A DNA stretch of 64,000 nt, taken from NCBI RefSeq assembly GCF_006345805.1, contig NC_043008.1:12710001-12774000 (forward strand), given 5' to 3'. Positions within the stretch are counted from its first letter, which is position 1, and each line of letters starts with the position of its first letter. Below the pieces are notes generated by a model. That model saw only the letters and a list, made by a program, of their open reading frames with translations, was not told the origin of the DNA and ran no database searches. Positions 39,465 through 55,119 of this stretch are shown piece by piece. Source of the stretch: Octopus sinensis (Eukaryota). The position numbers and the translations under genes were made by a program.

Positions 39465-40287
39465 CATTTGTGCAGACTATGCGAACATACGCACACACAC
39501 GTGTGTGTGCGTGTGTGAGTGAGTCTGTGTGTGTCAGGGTGTAAGTGTGCATATGTATGTGTATATGTATATGTGTGTGTGTGCATGTGTGTATGTGTAT
39601 TCGTGTCTGCGCGCGTGTGTATGTGTGTGTGTACGTATAAACACGGTAAGTACATTTATGAAGTAATACTTTGTGTGTTGTTTTTGTTGTAGCAAATCGA
39701 TAGAAATAATAAATTAGAAAGCATTTTGATGTATTTTCTTTGAAAGTGGAACTGATTGTGTGCCGAGGTTGTTTTTCTTGCGGTTAATGCTATCATTCTC
39801 TGGGAAACCTTAGATATTAGTCTTCGTTTTATTTCTTTGTTGTCTATATATTTCCTGAATTTAAGCATTTTTGACGAATTTCCACTGAAGCAAAATCAAA
39901 ATGGTTCACCAAAAATTGTAAAAAAAATATAAATGAGCTTGAGAAAATTTTTTAATGTCGTCTCTTTTCCTGTGAACTATTAATGCCTATTGTCAAACGA
40001 AAAGTATCACAACATTATGATGAGAATTCTGAAATAGTGCATTAATTTTAATGATTATTCAGAATGAAGTACGACCCTGTACTCAACGATGTTGGCATTA
40101 TGCAGCTATGGTACTTTCCGGTTTAAATGTGAAACTGGACTTTAATGATCATATTCTCAAGCGAAAAAATAGTCCGGTACCGTTACTTATTTAGTTGAGA
40201 TTCACGGTAATATTAGTTTTAAATATTGGTACACGGCCAGCATTTGTTGGGAAAATTCAAGTCGATGATGATGATGATGATGATGAA

Positions 40288-40327
<40 letters not shown>

Positions 40328-40330
40328 TGA

Positions 40331-40365
<35 letters not shown>

Positions 40366-40410
40366 ATGAAGGTAATAATAATGATAATTAAAAAAATAAT
40401 AATAATGATG

Positions 40411-40444
<34 letters not shown>

Positions 40445-40450
40445 TAATAA

Positions 40451-42491
<2,041 letters not shown>

Positions 42492-42513
42492 TAATAATGA
42501 TATTAATAATAAT

Positions 42514-42670
42514 ACGACAACATACAGAAAATTGCACTACCAGACACTACACACATCCTACGTAGAACATTTTCAATACTGTAACCATCACAACAAATCA
42601 CAGCACATACCCAAGGCACGAACAGCTGCACTCGGTAGTGAAGTGAAAGCACGCTATAAAAATAAAACTA

Positions 42671-42673
<3 letters not shown>
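42514..42673 (+). mobile_element. Second R4-like 3'-end fragment within (AAT)n
   Basis: Diverged copy of 42232-42377 (ACATACAGAAAAT..ACTAC...GCTGC.CTCGGTAGTG.A.TGAAAGCACG). Confidence 0.85.
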
Positions 42674-42717
<44 letters not shown>

Positions 42718-42741
42718 TACTACTACTACTACTACTACTAC

Positions 42742-42780
<39 letters not shown>

Positions 42781-42792
42781 TACTACTACTAC

Positions 42793-42825
<33 letters not shown>

Positions 42826-43173
42826 TAATGCCTTTATTAGAAAGAATTACTACATACATGAAAATGTCGAATAGATATACAGTCCAGATTTCTATGGGTG
42901 TGTACTTATGGCGTCCATATGTGTGAAATCTTTTACAAATAGTAATTGCATTTGCATCTATGTATGAAATCGTATCTAGCTACACGAGTGAATGTAAGGG
43001 TATACATTGAGCTGGTAGAATCATTAACCCGCCGAACAAAAAATGAAAAACCAGTCCTTTAGTATCCTGGTATTTCAGGTGCAGATGTGGCAGCGTATTA
43101 AGAAGTTTGATTTCCAGCCACAGGGTTCCGGGTTCAGTTCCGGGTTCAGTATGAAAGATATGCAAAGTGCATG

Positions 43174-43266
<93 letters not shown>

Positions 43267-43267
43267 A

Positions 43268-43765
43268 TACGGGTGTGATGGGCAAAATTTGTCGCCTTTT
43301 CATATTTTCAGTTTCACCCATGTGCATTGTTTGTTTCTGAATTTGTCGACCGCACGGTACTGTAGGGTCAGTTGGGCACCTTCTGTAAGAAAAACAGCAC
43401 CATGACGCAAATCACTCTGCCAGAAATTTGGAAACAACATGCTGTACTTCTGGCATGCGTGCCGGAAGCTCCAGTACAAACTGTTGGCTTAGCGTGTCCC
43501 AAAAACATGTACCGAGAGTGATAAAAATCAAACATCCAGTCAACATCATGGTGTTTGGAATGATCACTAGTAATGGTGACGGTATGCCTCCAGTCATCTT
43601 TCCACACGGCCTCAGACTCTACACGGAGACCTACATCAAGTACCCGGAGGAGGTAGTGCTGCCCTGGTCAAGTGGGTGACAGCTTGAAGACTCTATGTCT
43701 GGCAACAGGACTCTGCACCATGCCACACAAACAGGAGAACCCAGTCGTGGTTGTCAGACAATTTC
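43268..43765 (+). mobile_element. Internally deleted, 3'-truncated Tc1/mariner-superfamily element (maT-like peptide)
   Basis: Starts TACGGGTGTGATGGGCAAAATTTGTCGCC after (TATC)n/TA; encodes KHPVNIMVFGMITSNGDGMPPVIFPHGLRL...VVLPW and WQQDSAPCHTNRRTQSWLSDNF. DD(D/E) spacing cannot be counted. Confidence 0.85.
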
Positions 43766-43770
43766 GGCAG

Positions 43771-43889
43771 CGTGCAGCTTAGGTGCTTTTGCTCAATAAA
43801 CACTCACAATGCCCGCTCGCGGAATCGAAATCGCGTTCTTACGACCGCGAGTCCGATGCCCTAACCTCTGAGCCATTGCGCCTCCACTG
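43771..43889 (-). mobile_element. SINE family C 5' head
   Basis: Minus strand GTGGAGGCGCAATGGCTCAGAGGTTAGGG...TTTCGATTCC...TTATTGAGC.AAA.CAC.TAA, as at 60090-60150. Confidence 0.75.
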
Positions 43890-45125
43890 CAGTTGTTGTT
43901 GAAGTTGTGGTTATTCGTTTAGTTTAAATTGTTCGAATAGATGTTATCTCTAGTCAGAAAGTCAGTATATATTTTTCTTACAATATAAAGAAATTTTGAA
44001 AGGAAATATCATTTTCTTTTATTATTGTTTTCTATCATAACCGTGCGAATGATTAAAAAAATATACATATACCCATTCAGAGAATACGTAAAAATTACTT
44101 ATAAATATTTATACAATACATAGCTAAATCCACCTGACTTAGAAATATATTTTCTGTATATTTTGCACAATATACAGAAAATATGCTATGCAATAGATGC
44201 AAACTATACAATGCACAAGACCACGATACCGTCTACAACATGGACATGAAAACTTCTGAAGTGGGTGTCCGAGACAAACAATTTCGCCAAGTCGTGCACG
44301 TAGCAATGAAAGCTGGTTTTAATTGTGAGGATCTGTGATATATGGCACGTAACAAGTCGTCTCCCATACAGATTGGATAAATTTAAATATTTTTTTTAAT
44401 TGCATCATCTTTTGATTATATCTGTAGTTTGGTTCAAGGACAAATAATGCTTCCGGGTAATTGCTGTTGTGCAATTTTCGCAATTAATAGAATATTAAGA
44501 TGCGAATGAATATTGATAAGACGAATTAAGGATTTATGGTCATGTTTTGTCTGTTGTCGAATAAAAAAGTATTTGTATTCTGATATAATTATAATCACAC
44601 GACTTAATTGAGAATTGTAGGTTATACACAGATACAATAATTGATAATTTAAATAATTATCATGCACTTAATTTATCATTAGGATAATTATTGCTTGTAT
44701 AATTAATAAATACAATAATTAACATTTGCCAAATTAATAATATTCAGAGGAAGATTATTCTGAGACAATTTCTGAGGCAATGTCCAGGGGTAACTGTCAG
44801 AGATCAGTTATCTGAGGCAACAGGCCGTGATGGAAGGGCAGTTGGCATGACACCCTGTGCTCCAGCATGACCACGGCCTTAGGGCTGAAATATATAAGAG
44901 GATAAAAGAGTATAATTAGTTTGTGCTATTATCTGGAGTAATGGTTTCGCCTGTTTTAATATGTTGTGCAACGCATCAACTCTCCACTCGGATTTGTTGA
45001 AACATTTCTTTAAATGCGCCTCAGTTTTTAAAACTCCTTGAGACAGAAATACTGCATGATTCAATGAACCTAGGTGGTCCAATAAACGTGATTTGTTGTT
45101 GATGTTATTATTATTATTATTATTA

Positions 45126-45164
<39 letters not shown>

Positions 45165-45273
45165 CATTATTATCATTATTATATGTTTGACATTGGCTTT
45201 GTATTTATAAAAGTTGGCTCCAAGTTTCACACAGAGACCTCAAAAGACAAGTTAGAAGTTCATGCTGTTGTTG

Positions 45274-45321
<48 letters not shown>

Positions 45322-45328
45322 TATTATT

Positions 45329-45375
<47 letters not shown>

Positions 45376-45505
45376 CTGTTTCTTTATTACCCACGAGGGG
45401 CTAAACATAGAGGGAACAAACAAGGACAGACAAACGGATTACATTGACCCCAGTGCGTAACTGGTACTTAATTTATTGACCCCGAAAGGATGAAAGGCAA
45501 AGTCA
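45376..45505 (-). mobile_element. SINE family B 3' half
   Basis: TTTCTTTATTACCCAC.AGGGGCTAAACATAGAGG...CCCGAAAGGATGAAAGGCAAAGTC. Confidence 0.8.
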
Positions 45506-45829
45506 TCATCGTCATCATTATTGTTGTTATTATTAGTATCATCATCCTCATCATATATTTGGCTTTTGCTTTGTATATGTACAAGTTGTCTCCAAGTCTC
45601 ATCCAGAGACAACACAAGAGACAACAAAATAGAACTTCAAGCTGGTGTTATGACTACGGGGCCATATTTTTGGTTTTGCACACAGAATTGTTCTACAGAG
45701 AATGTCTGTCAAAACGTAAGTAAATTAGAAGTTTGTTTTAAAAGTAATTTCATTATAAGAGGATAGCGTGATGTTAAGATGACAATAAAATCTGTTTACT
45801 ATTATGTACACTTAAAAGTATTTTGACAC

Positions 45830-46515
45830 TGTTTACAGATTAAAACGTTTCTGGGATTACATTGACTATATATTTCTTCGGATATGAGCAGCTTCTATGA
45901 GCACTATTCAAAAAAAGTTTTCCAATTTTTGTATTTCCTGTGTATTTGGATATGTAGCAATTAGCCCTTTTTGTTACCATTCCAAGGGTGCCTATTACAA
46001 TAGGTATTATTTTAACTTGAGGGACCACATTTCGCCAATTTCTATTTCAAAATCTTTATAATTGCTAAGTTTTTAGTATGCCATGTCAGATACAATTATG
46101 CCGATTGAGACAGTCATATCGATGAGGACACATGTTTTTCTTTTTTGCAACACTTCAATATAATGTCTGGCTTATTTGCATCTACCTTTTCGTCAATTTC
46201 AACAGTAAAGTTCCAAATGAATGTGATGTGATTATTTTCAAGCACTGGAGATGTGTGTGTTCCCCCCAGTTTTTTTATCAGAATGCAGATCGAAGTCTTT
46301 ACAAATTACCCAGTGAATAAATTCTGCCGTGCTGCTCTATCATGCCTGTTGAGATACTCTGTAGGCGTAAAAAGGTTTCACATGGAGATAACATGATCGA
46401 TGGTTTCATTTTGTTTTTTTACATACTGCCATTCTTAAGATGTTGGACTCCTATCTCCTTGTAGGTAGGTATTGATCTGGGGCTAGTAAGATAAACCCTT
46501 TTGTCTCTGATTTTA
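45830..46515 (-). mobile_element. R4/Dong-like LINE fragment, different subfamily
   Basis: Minus strand GLKSETKGFILLAPDQ...ETIDHVIS...EYLNRHDRAA..IHWVICK...ANKPDII...CVLIDMTV...KIIPIVIGTLGMV. Confidence 0.85.
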
Positions 46516-46699
46516 AGCCCCAAAACACTAACCATTGATGTGTAAGGGCTTTGTCATCATCAGCATTATTAGCTCTCTTTGGGTATTTGACATTGAGAGG
46601 TTTTCAGAGGTTTTAAAGATTTTCTGAGAGATTTTGAGAGGTTTTATCAGTATTAATATTATTATTATTATTATTATTATTGTTGTTGTTGTTGTTGTT

Positions 46700-47222
46700 A
46701 TTGAGTGAGAGAGCAGAAAATGCCATGAAAGTGACACTTGGGTAAAATGTACAAAGCCCAGTATACCCATCATGACTACCTGTCTGATAAGAGTACACCA
46801 GGCACATGCATCATAACCATATGTGCCTCATGTGGTGATCTCACATCAAGACAAAGAGCACATGATCTTGCAGGTGGGGCTCAGTTAGAATTTTATTCAG
46901 GTCGACTAACCCATCCCGCTCAAAAGGTCCCTAACACCCATGTTTCCAGAGGTGAATTGTTGAAAGTCCAAACAATTCTTCTCAATGCTCCCACGCAACC
47001 TCTGCTCGTTATTTGAGATGTACATATCGTCAGCCACTAAGGAATAAGCTGATGTGGTTAAGGTCAAGCAAATGACAAGCAAATTTGTGTTATTGAGCAG
47101 AATGTTTGCCGTAGACCATTTTTTATACCAAGACAAAACAATATACATGAAAACACTTCCAATCAGTTAAGATCAAAAGCCGTGAGAACCACTGCCTGGT
47201 ACTGCATATAGGCATAAAATCT
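46700..47222 (-). mobile_element. Family G, near full length (~520 bp), (AAT/AAC)n on both sides
   Basis: Joins the parts seen at 2550-2730, 21938-22117 and 54754-55086; no ORF and no tRNA head. Confidence 0.8.
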
Positions 47223-47300
47223 GCATTATTATTATTATTATTATTATTATTATAATTATTATTATTATTACTGATTGAGAGAGCAGTGCATGCCATGAAA

Positions 47301-47405
<105 letters not shown>

Positions 47406-47459
47406 ATTATTATTATTATTATTATTTTACTATGCTTTATCCGCCACTTCATATACGGC

Positions 47460-48010
47460 ATAGTCTACTAAATTGCATAATTCTGGTTGTTTCTCTCCCG
47501 AAGGTTTTGATGTTGTATTCCAATCAATAATCCTTCAGTTTCATTTGTCTGTCCTCTTCCCAGTCAGTATTTTCGAATTTCATTTCTCTATTTCTACTTT
47601 ATTTTGTTGTTTCTGGTATTAAACCATGTAGAATATCGCTTTGTTATGATATTCCCTCAGCTCGCTTTTAGCATAGATTTTGACTCTTCTTTTGAAATGT
47701 CGTCGTTGTTTCTCCTTTCTTCTTAAAACTGTCTGGCATTTCAGGCTCTGTTTTGTTTATGTTGTTTTTTGTCTGAGAAGAAACCAGGGTGTTTTGTTGT
47801 TATTTTGTTGAGACTTGACTTAGTTTTCTATTATACTCGACACGATATCTTATAATAGGTTTCTGCTTCCATTAATAAATATTTCTCTCCATTCTTTGGT
47901 ATATGTAATATTTTCTCTCTGTCAAACGTTGGCTAGTATATACCATATGCAGTCATTAGTTTCTGCAAGTTTTCGTCATATTTTCTAAGACTGAGAGACA
48001 TATTTTCTGT
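47460..48010 (-). mobile_element. Degraded R4-like LINE fragment
   Basis: Minus strand with frameshifts gives DILHG...NETEGLLIGIQHQNL...CRI (compare ETEGLIIAAQDQSL). Confidence 0.6.
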
Positions 48011-48716
48011 TTTGATTTTTTTAAAACATGCTTTAGAGAAACAAAACCGTGTTCAAATGAAAGCATTATAACTTATTACTAGATCAGACGAAATATTGAT
48101 GTTTATTATGTTATGTTTATACTTTAAAGTGTAAATCAAATGCGACAGTAATAATCCTTATTACCCTTTTTTTCCTCGTTTCGTTCCTCGGTGTTGCTTA
48201 TAATATAGTTAATTCTATGTCTGTATTTGTTCCAATTCTTTTCGAACAATTACATACGACATGATATTGGTCTTCTTAAGTATCATCTCTTCAGGTCTGT
48301 ATCGTGAATTTCTTTACTCCTAAAATCACTTCAGCTTCTATAGTAACTCGGTGCACTGCACGCAGCAGTGTTTCTAATTGCGTATCATCTGGGGCATTAA
48401 GCTTAGAGACAATCATATGTAAAAGAAGTTTGATTACTGTCATATAATGTCTCTTCTTGTCCTGTCTATTTCATAAATATATGTGTGTGTGTGTGTGTTA
48501 GTGTGTGTGTTTATGGTTTTATGTGCGTGTATGTCTGTTTGTTTGTATATCTGTATCGACGCATTATATTTATATAATGTCACCATCCCCCTTCCACATA
48601 GGCGGTCTCACATACACACGCTCGCGCACCTTCATTTTGGGATCACCACTACTTTATTATCTCCCCTTCTTCCTAGCTCTCCTGTGTGACCCCTCTGTCC
48701 AGCATTCGCCATCATA

Positions 48717-48900
48717 GATCGCTAGCCACTATACCTTTTTCTATTTTCTCTCCTTGTTTATTTCTATGTTCCTTTCTATAGAAGTGCGTAGGCTCGAAAC
48801 ATAAAAGACGTCTCACTTCCTGAGTGTTAAACTAATACATCTGTTTCTTGTTTACACACCCGTCTTCGTCTTTTGCCTTGTTCTTTGGAAATTCTCACTA
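48717..48900 (+). mobile_element. Family E (Penelope-like end) with decayed hammerhead at 48772-48807
   Basis: CTTT CTATAGA A GTGC-GTAG-GCTC GAAAC ATA AAAG; homologous to 56371-56550; followed by (TA)n. Confidence 0.7.
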
Positions 48901-48904
48901 TTAT

Positions 48905-48941
<37 letters not shown>

Positions 48942-49789
48942 CCACACATAGATACACACACACTCACAGACACAGACACAGACAGACACACACACACACA
49001 CACACCACACACACACACACTTATATGTCATTATAACTAAATAAGTAATGTAGTTGATACATCGCATTCATTTTAAATCGGATCAGTAAATTATACAAGG
49101 TTGTCATCACATCGTTCGAGCGATTGTAAGATAAGTACATAAGGAAGGTATTTTGTTATAAAAACAAAGGGATTTCTGTTGCTTGCGTTTCTATCACCTT
49201 AAAAATATTTCTAAAAGACTTTGAGAGAAGAAGGTTAACAGGAAGAATGCTGTTTGAGCTAAATATATCACAGAAATAACATTTATCGAAGAGTTGCTCC
49301 GCACTGAAGTAATGATATCACACTCACAGAAAGACACGCATACATTTACACATACATTTACACATACATTCGCACAGACACACATATTTTTTTCCAACAT
49401 GTGCTGACGCCATATAAACTGTAATTTGTTCATTATTTGCATTGCTCCATTACCTAACAATGAAATCCATGTCGCGAGAGGAAATTCCACCGCCATCACC
49501 TCCAAATTGGAATGCTGCTTATGTTAAAGATAAAAAAGGTTAGGTGTTATTTACGGCAAGACAGAACCGAAATAACTGGTTACTTGGTTAAATAAATACA
49601 TATATAAATAAATATATAAACATATAAATAATATAAATGAATAAATAAATAAATAAATATATAAAATAAATGAATAAATAAATAAGAGAATCAATGAAGA
49701 CAAGTCATAACGAACGCTGTGATAGGCTCTCATTTTTGATGATTATTATTTGTTCACTCGCTGAATGTGTATATCAAACAGCACAAATT

Positions 49790-50290
49790 ACTGTACTCGT
49801 CGTTGTCGTAGTAGTAGTAGTCGTCATGATGATGATGATCATCGTCATCTTCAACATCAATATCATCATCATCCTTGGCATCATCGTCATCATTATCATC
49901 ATCATCATCCTTATCATCTTGATCATCATCATCATTAGCCTTATCATCATCATCATCATCATCAACCCCCTCATCATCTTCATCATCCTCATCATCATCC
50001 TCATTCTCATCATCATCCTTATCATCATGATCATAATCATCATCATCATCATCAATATCCTTATCATCATTGTCATCATCATCATCATCTTTATCATCAT
50101 CATCATCATACCCTTCATCATTATCATCATCGTCATCGTCGTTGTCTTCGTCGTCGACGTCGTCTTCACTCTTCTCCACTTCCTCCTCCTCCTCCTCCTC
50201 ATCATCATCCTCATATTCACCATCATATTCATCGTCTTGGGCCCCACTTTCATCACCGTCTTCGTCGTCATCATTATCGTCGTCGTCCAA
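49790..50290. repeat. (CAT)n imperfect array
   Basis: Visible; explains the Asp-, Ile- and Met-rich ORFs at 49694-50344. Confidence 0.95.
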
Positions 50291-50481
50291 GCCGTTCCTC
50301 ATCAGCTTCAACTCTGTTATCTAACTAATACTGATTGTTTTTGAGTTGTAAAGAGATAACGTATAAAAGATTGCGGATATTGTCGAATTTCTATGCTGGT
50401 CTCTATGAAATATCTATTGCTTATTAACTCATGTAGTTCACCTAGGAAGCTTTATATGGTGGTTCGATTTTGTAGAACGAC

Positions 50482-50906
50482 CAGGCACAAGGCCCGAAAT
50501 TTTGGGGGAACGGGCCAGTCGATTAGATCGACTCCAGTACGCAACTGGTACTTAATTTATCAAGGCGGCGAGCACGCCGGACGAAATGCGTAGCCGTATT
50601 TCGTCTGCCGTTACATTCTGTGTTCAAATTCCGCTGAGGTCGACTTTGCCTTTCATCCTTTCGGGGTCGATAAATTAAGTACCAGTTACGCACTGGGGTC
50701 GATGTAATCGATTTAATCTCCTTGTCTGTCCTCTCTGTGTTTAGCCCCTTGTGGGTAGTATAGAAATAGGTACTTAATTTATCGACACTGAAAGGATGAA
50801 ACGCAAAGTCAACCTAGGTGGAATTTGAAATCAGAATGTAAAGACAGACGAAATACCGCAAATCATTTCGCCCGGCGTGCTAACGTTCCTGCCAGCTCGC
50901 CGCCTA
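50482..50906. mobile_element. Nested SINE B: plus-strand copy (50562-50768) inside a minus-strand copy, 15-bp TSD
   Basis: GGTACTTAATTTATC at 50547-50561 and 50769-50783 flanks the inner copy; the outer halves join into one minus-strand B element. Confidence 0.85.
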
Positions 50907-51229
50907 GAACCCGTAGTATCAAATGTATTTGGGTAGGAAGGAGAACTGTGCCACATATTAAATTAGATTCGGTCTGGAAGTGTCAGATCTCGATATAAAT
51001 GATGATAATATTGAGAAACACTAGACCCACATTAATTACTACACATTTTTATACCTTGAAACACCTATAAAATAATACATTGGAAACAAGTGCAAAGTTG
51101 GTGTATTGCCAGCATCCGAGGTATTTCGGTGTAACTATTAACGAAGTGGCACAAGATATTCCACAACAACAACAGCAATCACACCCCAAAAACTAAACTT
51201 TGGGGAGGTCGATAAGGAGGAAGCCCATA

Positions 51230-51600
51230 AAGGTGACAACGAGGACGACGATGATGATAGTGGTGGTGGTGGTGGTGCTGATGATGATGATGAGGATGAT
51301 GATTACGAAGACGATGACACCGATGATGAAGATGATGACGACAACAACGACGACGACGATGATGACGGTGGTGTTGGAGGAAACGGAGATGATGACAATG
51401 ACGACGCGGACGATGTTGATGTTGATGATGATGATGGTGATGATTATGATGATGATGATGATGATGATGACAACGATGATGATGATGATGATGATGATGA
51501 CGACGACGATGATGTTAACTAAGATAATGTGATGATATAGAAGATGAAGATGGTCATAATGATGATAATAGCATTGACGATAATTATAATTATAATGATG
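51230..51600. repeat. (GAT/GAC/GGT)n array
   Basis: Visible. Confidence 0.95.
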
Positions 51601-52311
51601 ACGAATATAACTATGGCGATGAAGACAACGATGGCTACATTACCAAAAACACCTGTAATTACAATGAGAGATATGTATTAATCAACACCAATATATATCT
51701 GGTACCTTTACGTTCATCACATTAAACTGAAAATCGATCCCTGTGTATTGGAGAGGAATGGAAATAACTTTAGGAATTTTGACCTCACCTGAACACCGAA
51801 TTCATCAAATTTGCCATAAAGACATTACATAGACAGAAGCAAGTGCGGGCTGGACAACGACATAAATGAAATGAATGATGAGCGAAATAAGGATATTGAT
51901 GAGGGAAGCTGACGATGCCCGCCGATCGATGCTTCCCGAGAACATTGTTCTTTTTTGTCTTTTATAAACCCAATTGAGGTTACAAACCTTTTACTATAGT
52001 TCATTGGGACAAAAGGTCATTTCAAATGAAGCACTAAGCATCTTACATTTTCCACAAATATTTCATTTACTAAAAAAGTCTGAAACCCTGATTCAAGAGA
52101 TAGATGGTAAATGTTTTAATTTTTCTTTCCCTTCGAAGGTTATCTCTAATAGTGGTTTGGATGTTAGCGCTGTTCCTTCTAGCGCGCAAGGAATCCTATG
52201 ACAGATACTTCTTATGTGTTTAAATATAGACTGTATTTTATATATATATATAGATAGATATAGATATATAGATATATATCGGTAAATGTAATATGTGACA
52301 ATTATTCGGTA

Positions 52312-52381
52312 GCCATGATAAGACTCCGAGTTTCGGATGCCGAGGTGGAAATCCACGCCGCCATCTCTTCAGTTATCCGGC
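52312..52381 (-). ncRNA. Type I hammerhead ribozyme, intact canonical core
   Basis: GCCG GATAA CTGAAGA GATG..(GTGG-ATTT-CCAC)..CATC C GAA ACTC-G-GAGT C TTATC ATGGC: stem I 5+4 bp, extended stem II, GUC triplet (C17 = 52322). Confidence 0.85.
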
Positions 52382-52411
52382 CATTGGAAAAGTGCTATGA
52401 AAAATCCGATG

Positions 52412-52481
52412 GCCGGATAGCTGAAGAGATGGTGGCGTGGATTTCGACCTCGGCATCCAAAACTCGGAGTTTTATCATGGC
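52412..52481 (+). ncRNA. Mirror hammerhead copy, probably inactive (G12A, C17U)
   Basis: GATAG CTGAAGA GATG...CATCC AAAACTCGGAGTT TTATC. Confidence 0.7.
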
Positions 52482-52570
52482 TACCGAATAATTGTCTCAT
52501 ATTACATTTACAGATAATTTCCTCTATTTACATAATATTGAGGTCTCTTTCTTTCTTTTGTTGTCTTACC

Positions 52571-52641
<71 letters not shown>

Positions 52642-53768
52642 TATATATATGTGTGTGTATGTATATATATATGTATATATATATATACACATATATAAAC
52701 ACTAGGCTCATTATTATATTAGGAGATAACAGGAAATGCAATGACAGTTTTGCACAAGAAAGCATGAGAAAAACAAAACGGAGACTCCTTGATATATCTA
52801 CAAAATCACATAGGATGATTCCTGAGTGTGGGGAAGGACATTGCACGACAACGCCCAGGCACCAATGTGCCACGTGACCACACAACAAAGGTAACTGCGT
52901 CGCAAGACTCAAGTCACATAAGGGGCGATAACAATAGGAGCATTGGCCAATAATTTAATAGTAATGTTGTTATACGTTTTATTACAATTATTTATATGTC
53001 GCGTGGGGATACAACACCATAAAACTAACACATTATAAGGTGCATTGATTACTTTATATATCTGTATAAATGTTTATTTCTTCGTTCTATTATGGTTGCT
53101 CTAGCTACCGGTATCATTCTAGCGAGCAGACCCGTTCTAATTTCAGCTGCATCTATTCTAGTTTATGCAGCTGCTTTTACTAATGTTATGAACATTGTTA
53201 TCAATGCTTTTATTCACATCTGGTAATGTTTCTCTCTTGTCCTTATTACTTTTTACTCTCACTATTGAAGTACGTAGCTGCTATAGTTCTCTCTTGCTGC
53301 CACCATTTCTCTTGTCACTGTAGTTACTAATACAACTATATTTTGCGTCTGTTACATCTATTTTTACATCCTTACGCCATATTCAGCATATCTTTATCTT
53401 AATATTATTCGCACCTAGACTATTTTCCTAATCTCCGTATTTATTGTTTTTGTCAATGTTATTGTCAATATTGCCGACATTATAGGTTCAGCTGTTACAG
53501 TTTTCTTTTTTTAGATATTATTACTGCTGCAGCAACTGCATTCCTTACCATAAGCTACATTCCACATTCCAGCGATTTTGGCATATTACTGACAGTTCTT
53601 GCTGTCTATCACTCTCCAGCAAATCAACTCTCACAATCATTTTAAAATAACAACTACAACAACAATGATTTGGTCCATTCTCTATGAACTAAACACAACT
53701 GGAGAAAATACGTGGAATGGAGAAGTCGCAAACGTATGACAAAAGATTTCCAAGCAATTTTCAAATTA

Positions 53769-54151
53769 TAGGCACAAGGCCTGAAATTTTGGGAGAGGGG
53801 GTCAGTCGATTAGATCGACCCCAGTACGCAATTGGTACTTAATTTATCACTCTTGAAAGAACGAAAAGCAAATTTGAGCTCGTTGAATTTGAATTCAGAA
53901 CGTAGCGACGTTGGAAATACCTATTTCTTTATTACCAACAAGGGGCTAAATATAGAGGGGACAAACAAGTACAGACAAAGGGATTAAGTCGATTACATCG
54001 ACTCCAGAGCGTCACTGGTACTTAATATATCGACCCCGAAAGGATGAAAAGCAAATTGACCTCGGCGGAATTTGAACTCAGAACGTAACGGCAGACGAAA
54101 TACCACTAGGCATTTCGCCCGGCCTGCTAACATTCCTGCCAGCACGCCACC
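53769..54151 (-). mobile_element. SINE family B head-to-tail partial dimer
   Basis: In element orientation: head-body-tail(..AAAGAAATAG)-GTATTTC body-alternative tail(..CTTGTGCCTA); junction at ~53914-53928. Confidence 0.8.
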
Positions 54152-54695
54152 ATAGGCGAATATAAGATACTAGTAAGACATATAATCTAAATTTACAGAA
54201 CAATGTACGTCATTTTAAAACACGAATAACAGAAATGTACGTTCATTTAATCCAGTAAATAATACAAACGAATTGGTTTCTACAGGTTCAGATGTATAGT
54301 GTAGCCTACCTGAAATATATGATTTGAGCATTACACCATGTCGTATCGTATAACCTTAATTTTCTTTTAAAGATTGCAGCTTTAACTCATCTGATGTGCG
54401 ACTGTCATTGATGAATACTTTTCCTTTGGAATAGCTCCAATAGAAATAATTACAGACGGAAGAATCAGGTGATCCGCTGGATTATATTGTCATATCACTG
54501 CACTGCGAATGACGTGTCTCTCTGTTTTGTAACCACAGAAAGATGACTGTACAGTCTGCTCAGTTCTACAGAGCACATGGGTTCCCTTCTCCATGAGGCA
54601 AATGACTAATTTTATTTACACTATTTACATTCGACGGATATTTGTCCTCACCGTGTTTGTTATTAACACAATATTAACACTACGCCATATGCCCG

Positions 54696-55086
54696 GGAGC
54701 ATATGGAGTAGTGGTTAAGGGCGTGGTCTACTAACCCCAAGATTCTGAGTTCGGAGTATCATAGCCGTGTGTTGAAAGAAATTCTTGGAGGCCTGGATAA
54801 TTCACCTTTGAAAACATGGGTGGTTCGTTCAACATACTTAAACAACCCTTATTCAGGGATCTTTTGAGCGGGATGGGTTACTTGACCAGAAGAAAATTCT
54901 AACTGGACCCCACCTGCAAGGTCATGTGCTGCTTATTTTGATATGAGATCACAATGTTGAGCACATATGGTTGTGATGCATGTGCCTGGTGTACCCTTAT
55001 CAGACGGGTAGTCATGATGGGTATACTGGGCTTTGTATATTTTACCCCAGTGTCACTTTGATAGCATACACTGCTCTCTCACTCAA
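54696..55086 (+). mobile_element. tRNA-like Pol III head (54696-54753) fused to the 3' two-thirds of family G
   Basis: TGGAGTAGTGGTTAAG (A box-like) and GAGTTCG (B box-like) lead directly into GAGTATCATAGCCGTGTG..., ending CACTCAACAACAAC. Confidence 0.65.
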
Positions 55087-55119
55087 CAACAACAACAACA
55101 AGAATGATAATAATAATAA

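Larger units (their letters stand above)
52282..52511. mobile_element. Fold-back element with ~107-bp arms (52282-52388 / 52404-52511), a hammerhead in each arm
   Basis: Arms are reverse complements around a ~15-nt loop. Confidence 0.9.
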
